A stretch of 56,587 nt of DNA, taken from sequence record SRR22947727_1212; one strand, written 5' to 3'. This document shows positions 1-8,768 of this stretch, in pieces; the first letter of the stretch is position 1, and each line of letters begins with the position of its first letter. The notes under the pieces were generated by a model that was given only the letters and a program-made list of their open reading frames with translations, was not told the origin of the DNA and ran no database searches. Both the position numbers and the translations under genes were made by a program.

Positions 1-1
1 A

Positions 2-409
2 GCTCGCTACCTGAATGCTTGTGATACAAAAAATGTTGAGCTTATGAGAGATTGCTTCACTTCTGATGCCGAAATTCAATTTCCTCCACTTGGTAATTTT
101 GATTTAGAGGGCCTAATTAAAATCTTCCAAGAAGTAGCGGCTACTACACCAATATCCGACATTCACCATGGACATAATGGCGAAATTGAGATTCAAGGTT
201 CCACTGCAAATGGTAGATGGAATCTTGGCTTTGCCACCTATGACCCGCGAACTAAAAATTTTCGTATGATGAGTAGCATATATGAAGATCGTTACAGAAA
301 AACTGATAATGGGTGGCGAATTTGCTTCACTAAATCAACACCAAGAACAATAATTGATGGCATTCTTAAAGATGAGGGCTTAACAATTAATTGGAATGAA
401 AATATATAA
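2..409 (+). CDS. SnoaL/NTF2-like protein (5'-truncated by window edge)
   Basis: Frame is open from base 2 (ARYLNACDTKNVELMRDCFT..). Typical SnoaL_4 pattern: RY..ACD.K....MRDCFT.DA, HHGHN.EI, YEDRY.K...GWRI. Confidence 0.8.
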   Translation, partial: ARYLNACDTKNVELMRDCFTSDAEIQFPPLGNFDLEGLIKIFQEVAATTPISDIHHGHNGEIEIQGSTANGRWNLGFATYDPRTKNFRMMSSIYEDRYRKTDNGWRICFTKSTPRTIIDGILKDEGLTINWNENI

Positions 410-418
410 GGAAGAGAA

Positions 419-907
419 ATGGATAAGAATTTAACCTACATAGACCCAGAAGCTGTAGTTGTTTCCAAAACTGTACAAATTAATGCCCCCTCTAGTTTAG
501 TTTGGGAAATTTTACTTGATATGAAAAACTATAATAAATGGAATCCATTTTGCGTTGAGTGTGAATCAACATTAGAAATTGGTGCGGCTGTAAATATGAA
601 GTTAAAGTCATACGTCAATTGCGAACCATCATATTTCAATAATACTGAATTTGTATGCGAACTAATTTCTGAAAAAAAAATATCATGGGAACTGCCACAT
701 TATGATGCATGGCCCTATCCAGCACGAAGAGATCAATTCATTAAAAAACTAAGCGAAAATAGTAGTGCTTACTATTCAACAGATCAATTTCTAGGCCCCA
801 ATGGAATACATGTGATGAGATTTGCAGGACCATGGGTTAAACAAGCATTCGATGATACAGCGGATGCATTAAAAATTTATGCTGAAGAAAAATTTATATC
901 TAACTAG
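419..907 (+). CDS. SRPBCC/START (polyketide cyclase-like) ligand-binding protein
   Basis: V.INAP...VWEILLDM.NY.KWNPF N-terminal signature and a C-terminal helix (..ALKIYAE). Confidence 0.75.
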   Translation: MDKNLTYIDPEAVVVSKTVQINAPSSLVWEILLDMKNYNKWNPFCVECESTLEIGAAVNMKLKSYVNCEPSYFNNTEFVCELISEKKISWELPHYDAWPYPARRDQFIKKLSENSSAYYSTDQFLGPNGIHVMRFAGPWVKQAFDDTADALKIYAEEKFISN

Positions 908-1349
908 AAATAGGTACAAAGTCCTCAGGAACATTATGAAAATAACTTAGGGACTCATATCGTGCGGCAATTTTCCAACTACCAGAAATTTTAACTAATT
1001 TATCAAAATACCAAAGCCCCACAAAAAAAGTATGCGGAGACTTATTTCGTTCAATCACCATAGGGTTGAAAAGCATAGTTTTTGATTGTGCAGTTAATCC
1101 ATCCACTTCAATCTTTGGCAATCCCATCATATGTTGCATTGACAAAAAGGGCTTGAGAGCTTTTTCGAGATACAGTTTAATCTCTTTTAAATTGCCTTTT
1201 ATTCCTCCTGCCTCTGTAAAGTCAATAATAGCATTATCAGTGAAAATCTCATTTAACAACTTCCATTCACGAGTATCAATAGCTTCACAATAAGACATCA
1301 GTAAATCTTGAATCTCTAAACGATCAGAAATTTCTTGAAGCTTATACAT
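900..1349 (-). CDS. NTF2/SnoaL-like protein
   Basis: SDRLEIQDLL..Y..AID.REW..L..IFT.NA..DF; QH; GLWY.D.LV.....WKI..R. Confidence 0.8.
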   Translation of the reverse strand: MYKLQEISDRLEIQDLLMSYCEAIDTREWKLLNEIFTDNAIIDFTEAGGIKGNLKEIKLYLEKALKPFLSMQHMMGLPKIEVDGLTAQSKTMLFNPMVIERNKSPHTFFVGLWYFDKLVKISGSWKIAARYESLSYFHNVPEDFVPISS

Positions 1350-1360
1350 AATTCATAAAT

Positions 1361-1843
1361 CTAAAAGTTATCCAGAAGGGGTGTGACAATTTTTGCTACT
1401 CTGTTATCATATTTTACAACATCCACAACAACAGACGTCTCAACCAATCGAACTCCCTCAAGGTCTAATATTTTATTGCTTGCAACCTGATGGACTTCAG
1501 AAAGACCCTCAAACAAACCTATTGCCAATATATCAAAACGGCCTAAAAGAATTATAACACCATTGATTTCTGGCAAGTTAGCTATTCTTTTTGCTACTTC
1601 TTTTATTGAATTCTGCTCAGCATGAATTCCAATATATGCTAGCTGAGGGGTGTCAAGATTAGACATATTGGTAACTGCTGTAAAACGGATATAATTTTCG
1701 TCTTCCAACCTTTTTACCCGGGAGCGAATAGTACCTTCCGTAAAACCAAGTTGTGTCGCTATTTTGCGATTTGATAGACGTGCGTCTGTAGATAATAACT
1801 GTATTATTTTCTGGTCAAGGTCATCAATCTTATAACTAGTCAC
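1361..1843 (-). CDS. Lrp/AsnC family transcriptional regulator
   Basis: IDDLDQKIIQLLSTDARLSNRKIA..LG.TEGTIRSRVKRLE HTH plus RAM domain (LLGRFDIL). GTG start with GGAG 6 nt upstream. Confidence 0.9.
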   Translation of the reverse strand: MTSYKIDDLDQKIIQLLSTDARLSNRKIATQLGFTEGTIRSRVKRLEDENYIRFTAVTNMSNLDTPQLAYIGIHAEQNSIKEVAKRIANLPEINGVIILLGRFDILAIGLFEGLSEVHQVASNKILDLEGVRLVETSVVVDVVKYDNRVAKIVTPLLDNF

Positions 1844-1852
1844 TTATAACTC

Positions 1853-2317
1853 CTAGATGGGTGCCACATCAAAATCATACTTAATTATATCAACAGCAAA
1901 GCTAGGGTCTAGACTTCTCACACCCTTTATTTGAGACAATTTATTTAGTAAAAAATCTGACATTTTATTCATACTTGATAGTGTAACTAAAATTTCAATG
2001 TCATGTTTTCCAGCTACTAATTGAACCGAAGCAACCTCTGATAATAATGCAATGTCTGCAGCCACATCATTTGCACGCCTTCCCTTAACATCAACACCAA
2101 TTGGTAACAAAACATTATAATCAAAAGCTGAAAAATCCGAAACAGCAACAACCTTCATTGCTTTTGATTGCTCCATTCGTCGTATTCGTGTTGTAACCAT
2201 TGAAGTTGTTACACCCAATTGATCAGCAATTTTTTGGTTACTGGTACGTCCATCTTTCTTCAAGATTTTTATAATAGCATTATCTAAGTCACTAAATTGA
2301 AAATTGTTATCCGACAT
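1853..2317 (-). CDS. Lrp/AsnC family transcriptional regulator (second paralog)
   Basis: DLDNAIIKILKKDGRTSNQKIADQLGVT...V.TRIRRME HTH; VAGKHDI in the RAM domain. Confidence 0.9.
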   Translation of the reverse strand: MSDNNFQFSDLDNAIIKILKKDGRTSNQKIADQLGVTTSMVTTRIRRMEQSKAMKVVAVSDFSAFDYNVLLPIGVDVKGRRANDVAADIALLSEVASVQLVAGKHDIEILVTLSSMNKMSDFLLNKLSQIKGVRSLDPSFAVDIIKYDFDVAPI

Positions 2318-2402
2318 TATAATCCTTATCTTATATGTTTAGACGTTTTAATAAATGATTGCTATAATTAGCTTATAGATAATAAGTTTCAAAATGCAAT
2401 AT

Positions 2403-2432
2403 TGCGTATATTTTACTATCTTTTCCTCTGCA
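2403..2432. promoter_or_regulatory. Degenerate TGCGTA-N18-TACGCA operator (TGCGTA-N18-TCTGCA)
   Basis: Lies between the divergent lrp pair and the GMC gene. Further half-sites: AACGTA at 2433 and TGCGTA at 2466 (63 bp from 2403). Confidence 0.6.
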
Positions 2433-2476
2433 AACGTATAAATTTAAGCTATGTTTTTCTTTAAATGCGTAATTTA

Positions 2477-4090
2477 ATGACTAAAGAATTTGATTATATT
2501 ATTATAGGTGCGGGTTCAGCTGGATGCGTTTTAGCTAATAGACTAAGTAAAAAACCTAATGTAAAAGTTGCTTTGATAGAAGCAGGCGGGAATGATACTG
2601 ATCCAGCAATTCACATGCCCATTGGATATGGAAAAAGCCTTTATAACCCAAAAATATCATGGAGCCTTAGAACTCAACCTGAACCTTTAATGAATAAGCG
2701 AATTTTACCGTTACCCCGCGGGAAGGTATTAGGTGGCTCAAGTTCAATAAATGGAATGATATATATTCGTGGGCATAAGGAAGATTATAATACGTGGTCC
2801 AACCTTGGCTGCAAAGGCTGGGGGTTTCAAGATATTTTACCTTATTTTAAAAAATCAGAAAATTATAAATCGGGTAAAAATAGATTACATGGTGGAAACG
2901 GTCCCTTAACTGTTTCAGAAATTATTGATAAAAATCCGACTAACGACTCAATTATTAGAGCATTTACTGAATACGGTATTCCTAAGAATTATGACTTCAA
3001 CGGTGATTACCAAGAAGGCGTAGGCTACTATGATGTAAATATAAAAGATGGTAAAAGATGCTCAACTTCCACTGCTTTTTTGGAACCGGTTAAAAAAAGA
3101 AAAAATCTTTTTATTCTTAGGCATACGTATGTTAAAAAAATAAATTTCGAAAATAAATGTGCAAAAAGTGTAGTTGTTGATAATAGAAAAAAAACAGAAA
3201 CACTCAGGGTGAACAAAGAAATTATTCTTTCTGCTGGTACTTATAAAAGCCCTCAACTTTTGCAGTTATCAGGTATCGGCTCAGCTCAATTTCTTAAGTC
3301 TATAGGCATTAAAGTTTTATTTAATAGCCCTGAAGTAGGAGAAAACCTTCAAGATCACTACATGGCGCCAATGGCCTGGTCACTTAAACCAAGAGCATTT
3401 AGTTATAACAATGAATTACGAAACTTAAATTTAATTAAAAATATAATAAAATATTATCTTTTTCGAAAAGGTCCAATGACCATCCCTGCAGCATCAGTTG
3501 GAGCCTTTATAAAAAGTAATGAAAGCTTAGACCGTCCTGATTTGCAGTTCCACTGCTTGGCGGTAACCGGTGATCTTTCGGCCGCAAGCAGGGGAGAAAA
3601 TGCAAAATTAACTAAGTACCCAGGACTTACAATTGGGGGAGCCCAGTTGCGACCGCAATCGCGTGGATTTGTAAAATGTGCATCAAATGATCCATTTGAT
3701 GATCCAGTAATATCTCATAATTATCTGTCGGCCGAAATGGATAGACATTTAATAATAAAAGCAATGGATATATCTAGAGAACTAGCAAAAATGCCATCAT
3801 TATCAAATATCATTGATCAAGAAAAACTTCCTGGGCATAATATTATAACCAATGATGAAAAAATAGAATGGCAGCTAAAACTTGGCACTACAATGTACCA
3901 CCCTGTTGGTACTTGTAGGATGGGAAATGAAAGACATTCAGTAGTAGACTCTAATTTACAAGTAAATGGTGTTCAAGGGTTGCGCGTTATTGATGCCTCA
4001 ATAATGCCACGAATTGTTTCAGGTAATACAAATGCTGCTACTATAGCAATCGCAGAAAAAGGCGCAGAATTGATAATTAATAAAATGTAA
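2477..4090 (+). CDS. GMC family oxidoreductase (choline/alcohol dehydrogenase-like)
   Basis: FDYIIIGAGSAG FAD motif, RGKVLGGSSSINGM, YHPVGTC, GNTNA. Start taken at MTKEF (ORF track gives 2465). Confidence 0.9.
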   Translation: MTKEFDYIIIGAGSAGCVLANRLSKKPNVKVALIEAGGNDTDPAIHMPIGYGKSLYNPKISWSLRTQPEPLMNKRILPLPRGKVLGGSSSINGMIYIRGHKEDYNTWSNLGCKGWGFQDILPYFKKSENYKSGKNRLHGGNGPLTVSEIIDKNPTNDSIIRAFTEYGIPKNYDFNGDYQEGVGYYDVNIKDGKRCSTSTAFLEPVKKRKNLFILRHTYVKKINFENKCAKSVVVDNRKKTETLRVNKEIILSAGTYKSPQLLQLSGIGSAQFLKSIGIKVLFNSPEVGENLQDHYMAPMAWSLKPRAFSYNNELRNLNLIKNIIKYYLFRKGPMTIPAASVGAFIKSNESLDRPDLQFHCLAVTGDLSAASRGENAKLTKYPGLTIGGAQLRPQSRGFVKCASNDPFDDPVISHNYLSAEMDRHLIIKAMDISRELAKMPSLSNIIDQEKLPGHNIITNDEKIEWQLKLGTTMYHPVGTCRMGNERHSVVDSNLQVNGVQGLRVIDASIMPRIVSGNTNAATIAIAEKGAELIINKM

Positions 4091-6001
4091 TTATTTTATC
4101 CAAATAGCTGAACTCCATGCACGATCCTGAATAGTAGCCTGCATATTTGGATTCGGAGGTGTTCCATTGCGAACCGCATCCCAAGTACTCCAACGACACT
4201 TTGGGTTTTCCAATACACGAATATAGTAAGCAGATTTTTGCCCAGGAATATAGTTAGGGTCAGACCAAAGCGCTTTGAGTTCGCTACTACCCGTCTCATC
4301 ATTCGTTTGACAGTTAGATAAATCAACTGATGCGCCATTTTCAGGACATCTATTTGTGTCAGGGGATGGCTGAAGATCTCCTGCACAAGAAATATCATAA
4401 ATCTGCTCAAAGTTATCAGTTTCATCCGACCAAACCTTTATAATTTGTATTCGCTGTAAAGGGTATCCATCAGGATCCTTTATGGCCCATGCAATAAAAT
4501 CTGGTGAATTAGTTCCACTACTTTTAGTACCACCCATTGGTACTCCATTTTTATATGCCTCTTCTAGCATATTTGTTGATGATAAAATCGTATCATTGTA
4601 GTTTCCTGCAAAAAAACGTGTTTTGATACGTGGCCCCGATGTTGCAAAGGTTTCTTTACGTTTCATAGCATCAAATATATCTTCGCGTGTGTTGGACTCA
4701 GCCCAAACACCAGCTAAACCAGACGCTCCGTATGAGGCAGAAGATATAAAAGCTAACTCCGTCTCTTCACTTACAACATTTTCCCAAGACATTTTACCAT
4801 CTGGGGGCACTGATCCTCGATTAGCAAGATCAGTATCATGCGGGAACTTACCAAAATGCTGCTCCTCAGATAGCGATGGAGCACTAACATGAGTATCAGA
4901 TGATCCAATAAATCCGAATTCATATGGATTTTTACCAATATTCTGCTCGATACCAATTCCTCTGGAAAGGGCCTGGCGAACAAAACTACCAGGGACTTTT
5001 TGACTCTCTGTCGCCATGCCAACCAAAATTTCATAAAGTTCATGATTTGCGAATTCATCTTCAGGGGATAGTAAAGGGTGTGTTTCAGAGGTGCCCTTAA
5101 CTTGAGTCATTTCTACTATAGGTTCATTTTTAATCCGGTTTGCTGCATAGGTTTTAGTAATGGGGGAACCATCAGACATTGTCATAGAAAACATCTGGCC
5201 GTTAGATGCGTTAGAGTTGTGAGGTATTGATAATACATCAAAGCCTTCATCCCGTTTATCATTCATCCAGTTCCAAAGGTCTTCAGGGTTTGTTGAATCA
5301 AGTGTTGAAAACAAACGTTCAGGGGCTCTATCACGAAAAATCACATTACGGTGCAAGTTAATTGCTCCCAAATTATCTGCTATTTCACCAATAATATCCA
5401 TATTAGTATATTCATAAGCAGCAAAAGTTGTAAATCTACCAGGATCATAATGCTTTTCTGCTGCAAGAACATTCTCTGCCCACGCACTATCTATGAAGTC
5501 CCTATCATAAATATCTTCTATTGGGTCTCCTGTTACTATTGTTGTTCCAACCTTTGTAAAGGCTTCAATTCGAGCCTCTCTTGACCCACCAAATATTCCA
5601 AATATTGATTTTGCTGTATCTGTTTTGGAAATAGGGTTATTTCTATCACGCATTGCAGCTAGAACACCCATATATTCCCCATGATCGGTTACTCCGTAAA
5701 AATCTAAAGGGGGACCAGAAATCGTAATATCCTTACCTGCCCCATTATCAATGGTATCACCCTTTGCAAAACGGTAAGCATCATCTGCGGTTGTTCTCGT
5801 TCCTGTTATAAAAGCATCAAAAGAGTTTTTTGTATGCACATGCAAGTCACCAAAATATGCATTTCTTGTACCAACTTTTTCAATTAAAATCGGAGTTGTT
5901 TTTGATTCAACCACAGAAATTTCTTTTTCTGATTTTTCCATGCAGCCTGTAGTTAACAATAGACAACATGCAGCGCTTCCTAGGTAAATATTTTTAAACA
6001 T
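4091..6001 (-). CDS. DUF3604 family lipoprotein (PHP-like putative metallohydrolase)
   Basis: YFGDLHVHT..SFDA, GVTDH, LHRNVIF, IPHNSN, GSSDTH, YY.RVLENP.CRWS, QDRAWSSAIW; lipobox LLTTGC. Confidence 0.8.
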   Translation of the reverse strand: MFKNIYLGSAACCLLLTTGCMEKSEKEISVVESKTTPILIEKVGTRNAYFGDLHVHTKNSFDAFITGTRTTADDAYRFAKGDTIDNGAGKDITISGPPLDFYGVTDHGEYMGVLAAMRDRNNPISKTDTAKSIFGIFGGSREARIEAFTKVGTTIVTGDPIEDIYDRDFIDSAWAENVLAAEKHYDPGRFTTFAAYEYTNMDIIGEIADNLGAINLHRNVIFRDRAPERLFSTLDSTNPEDLWNWMNDKRDEGFDVLSIPHNSNASNGQMFSMTMSDGSPITKTYAANRIKNEPIVEMTQVKGTSETHPLLSPEDEFANHELYEILVGMATESQKVPGSFVRQALSRGIGIEQNIGKNPYEFGFIGSSDTHVSAPSLSEEQHFGKFPHDTDLANRGSVPPDGKMSWENVVSEETELAFISSASYGASGLAGVWAESNTREDIFDAMKRKETFATSGPRIKTRFFAGNYNDTILSSTNMLEEAYKNGVPMGGTKSSGTNSPDFIAWAIKDPDGYPLQRIQIIKVWSDETDNFEQIYDISCAGDLQPSPDTNRCPENGASVDLSNCQTNDETGSSELKALWSDPNYIPGQKSAYYIRVLENPKCRWSTWDAVRNGTPPNPNMQATIQDRAWSSAIWIK

Positions 6002-6009
6002 AATTTCTC

Positions 6010-6777
6010 TTAACTTCCTGTCCAGTTTGGCTTTCTTTTTTCTGAAAAAGCTTTAATGCCTTCAATGGCATCATTACTATTTCTCCAATTTATAAATTCA
6101 TGATAACTTTCCTGTTTGGCAATTGCATTTTCTAAACTTTCCTCGGATAGCCCTTTACTAACAGTCATTTTGGAGGCTTGGATGGCCATGGGTGCTCCCT
6201 TGAGAATATCGTAGCAATATTTTTTTACTACACCCGACAATTCATCATGAGGAACAACTTCATTCACAAACCCCATGCGCAAACCTTCTTCTGCTGAGTA
6301 TTTTCTTGATGTAAGTATCATGGCCATGGCATTTTTTAAGCCTATTTGACGAGGCAGCCTATGCAAACCACCACCTAATGCTATAGCACCGACTAAAGGC
6401 TCTGGCACGCCGAATGTACTTCTTTTACTGGCTACGATTAAATCACAAGCTAATGCAAGTTCAAATCCACCCCCTAAAGCATATCCATCAACTGCAGCAA
6501 TGACCGGTTTTGCTAAGTCGAAACGATTTATTAATCCAGCATATCCGCCTCTTGGATATTCACCATCTATACCATCATTTAAGTCACTACCAGCGCAAAA
6601 AGCTTTATCACCCTCCCCAGAAATTACTGCAACTAATTGATTTTTATTTGATGAAAAATCATCAAAAGCGGCATTCAAATTATGATGCATTTCATCAGTA
6701 ATTGAATTCATTGCCTCCGGGCGATTTAGTTTTATGAAAGTGACCGGACCATCATGGGATATGTTAACGTTCTGCAA
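6010..6777 (-). CDS. Enoyl-CoA hydratase/isomerase (CaiD-like crotonase)
   Basis: LNRPEAMN, AFCAGSDL, GYALGGGFEL, FGVPE, EG..AF.EKRKP.W. Confidence 0.9.
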   Translation of the reverse strand: MQNVNISHDGPVTFIKLNRPEAMNSITDEMHHNLNAAFDDFSSNKNQLVAVISGEGDKAFCAGSDLNDGIDGEYPRGGYAGLINRFDLAKPVIAAVDGYALGGGFELALACDLIVASKRSTFGVPEPLVGAIALGGGLHRLPRQIGLKNAMAMILTSRKYSAEEGLRMGFVNEVVPHDELSGVVKKYCYDILKGAPMAIQASKMTVSKGLSEESLENAIAKQESYHEFINWRNSNDAIEGIKAFSEKRKPNWTGS

Positions 6778-7890
6778 TTATTCTACCCTATTATCCATTT
6801 TGAGCTTAGTTACTTTTTTTTTATCATTACCCCACTCTGCATAAAATTGTGAAAAATATTTTCTAAATGGAAGTATTGGGCCATCGCCATCACATATACT
6901 GGGTTTCGGCATATATTTTTGACGATCCCACACTACCTTATCTTGATCCAATTGCTTACAAATTTCACGCCTCATAGCTTTTGCCAAGTTAGCCATGGGC
7001 CCTTCAGCTTCTTTTATTGGCTGAGTAAATGCAAACCTAATATGAGTTCTTTCTTGGTCTATAGGTGTTATTCCAGCTACCATCAAAGTTTCAGAAATTC
7101 CCGAAAATTTAGTCCAACTTTGTCCAGCTCCAATAGTTCCATAAGCTATAGTACCATCAACAACACCTTTTGGGGTTGGCATTTTAGCATCAACACTTGC
7201 CGTTCGTTTATGCCCATCAAATTCAAAATTGTAATTAGGAAAATCATTTGTACCATGAATATATTTAAAATGAGCAGCATCAACTCCATTTTCCGCCATA
7301 TTTTGCACAGGCCCATGGACAATCCATTCATATTTTTTATAATCAGTCCAGTCCTTATCATGAACTTGTTCGAAAGTCTCTGGCTGCCACTTTGGGGGCT
7401 CATTAAATGGATGGTACCAAACTAATATTTGTTTGTTGCTCTCTTCAACAATCCACTCTTTTTCGCAAGGTCTGGCAGCGGAAGGTGGTATTTTTTTTGC
7501 ATAAGGTACAGCTATCACACTTCCTTTGCTATTATATTCCCATGCATGAAATGGACACTCCAATGAGTTTCCTTTGACTCTACCGCCATAACCCATGTGT
7601 GCACCTAAGTGCTTACAGTATGCATCAATAATTCTAGCCCGTCCGTCTTCACCTCGCCAAAGAACTAAATCTTTACCAAAGTAAAAAAGAGGTTTGACTT
7701 CACCTACTAAGAGTTCATCCGAATATGCAACCATAAACCATCCAAATGGCAGAGGTAATGTGTCAAGATTGCGGTCTTTAATTGAAGCTCTGTTATCAAC
7801 TGAATTCATTCTCCAAGCAGTTAAGCCCTCCCCCTTCAGGCCTTCTAATTGAGCCCATACAGCGACGTGAGATGTAGTATTCGAACTCAT
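6778..7890 (-). CDS. Rieske oxygenase, KshA/Neverland family
   Basis: Rieske CKH...CPFH; mononuclear Fe site ENGVDAAHFKYIH; C-terminal QD..VW....Y...P..CDGDGPI..FR.YF.QFY. Confidence 0.85.
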   Translation of the reverse strand: MSSNTTSHVAVWAQLEGLKGEGLTAWRMNSVDNRASIKDRNLDTLPLPFGWFMVAYSDELLVGEVKPLFYFGKDLVLWRGEDGRARIIDAYCKHLGAHMGYGGRVKGNSLECPFHAWEYNSKGSVIAVPYAKKIPPSAARPCEKEWIVEESNKQILVWYHPFNEPPKWQPETFEQVHDKDWTDYKKYEWIVHGPVQNMAENGVDAAHFKYIHGTNDFPNYNFEFDGHKRTASVDAKMPTPKGVVDGTIAYGTIGAGQSWTKFSGISETLMVAGITPIDQERTHIRFAFTQPIKEAEGPMANLAKAMRREICKQLDQDKVVWDRQKYMPKPSICDGDGPILPFRKYFSQFYAEWGNDKKKVTKLKMDNRVE

Positions 7891-8768
7891 TACTTATCCT
7901 CTAACTTAAAAACTTTTATTGCATTTTCTCGCAAAAATTTTGGCCATACATGTTTTTTCAAGGGTACATTTTCCATATCAGTAAAAATACGGTCTAAACT
8001 TAAACCCATTGGAAAATATCCTGCATAAATGATTTTATCTGCACCTCTAGTATTCGCATATTCAATTATAGCTTTTGGATAATGCTTGGGGGCAAAGGCT
8101 GAAGTGGAATAATATAAATTGGGGTACTTTATCATTAGTTTTACAGCCAAATCTTCCCAAGGCTGAGCTCCATGTCTCATCACAATTTTTAGTTCAGGAA
8201 AAAACCAGCAAACTTCGTCCAGATGTTCAACTTTTTGAGTGTGCATGGGTATTCTGGGGCCAGGCACGCCAACATTGAGCACCATAGGTATATCTAGCTC
8301 TACACAGGCAGCATAAAGCGGATACATCCGTGCATCATTTATAGCAACTTGTGGGCAAGTTCCTGCAGGAAAAACAGAGGCTGATTTTATACCATATTTT
8401 TGATAAAGAAATTTTAACCTTTTTACTTCTTTCATACCGCCATTCGGATTACACGGCACATCAAAAAAGAAACGTTTAGGGTAATTTTTTGCTGCTTGTT
8501 CGGAGGTTTTATCATTATTAAAACCAACCATGGCCATTTCAATGTTATAGGCATTCATTTGCGTAACTGTCCAACTTACGAAGTTAACCTCATCTGCAGA
8601 TGGCTCTGGTATATCTTTAAACATATATTGCGCAGGCATTTTAAACATATCACGACTCTGTTGGTCATTTAGCAAAGGACGAAAGCTACTGTACCAATCG
8701 GATCTATCTGCATGCGTGGGTATACCTAACATTGTATCAATTATTTTTATGTCTTTAGGATACGTCAT
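7890..8768 (-). CDS. Amidohydrolase_2 family protein (atypical metal motifs)
   Basis: YPLYAACVELDIP, FPELKIVMRHG, YPNLYYSTSA..PK, FLRENAIKVF. Confidence 0.8.
   Translation of the reverse strand: MTYPKDIKIIDTMLGIPTHADRSDWYSSFRPLLNDQQSRDMFKMPAQYMFKDIPEPSADEVNFVSWTVTQMNAYNIEMAMVGFNNDKTSEQAAKNYPKRFFFDVPCNPNGGMKEVKRLKFLYQKYGIKSASVFPAGTCPQVAINDARMYPLYAACVELDIPMVLNVGVPGPRIPMHTQKVEHLDEVCWFFPELKIVMRHGAQPWEDLAVKLMIKYPNLYYSTSAFAPKHYPKAIIEYANTRGADKIIYAGYFPMGLSLDRIFTDMENVPLKKHVWPKFLRENAIKVFKLEDK

Noticed and set aside
1361-2317. Lrp pair as NirDL/NirGH/AhbAB siroheme decarboxylase
   Set aside because: Both have ordinary Lrp HTH and RAM signatures, I see no H.Y.R motif, and there are no heme d1/Ahb genes nearby.
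2477-4090. Calling the GMC enzyme betA
   Set aside because: No betB/betI context; only family-level motifs are supported.
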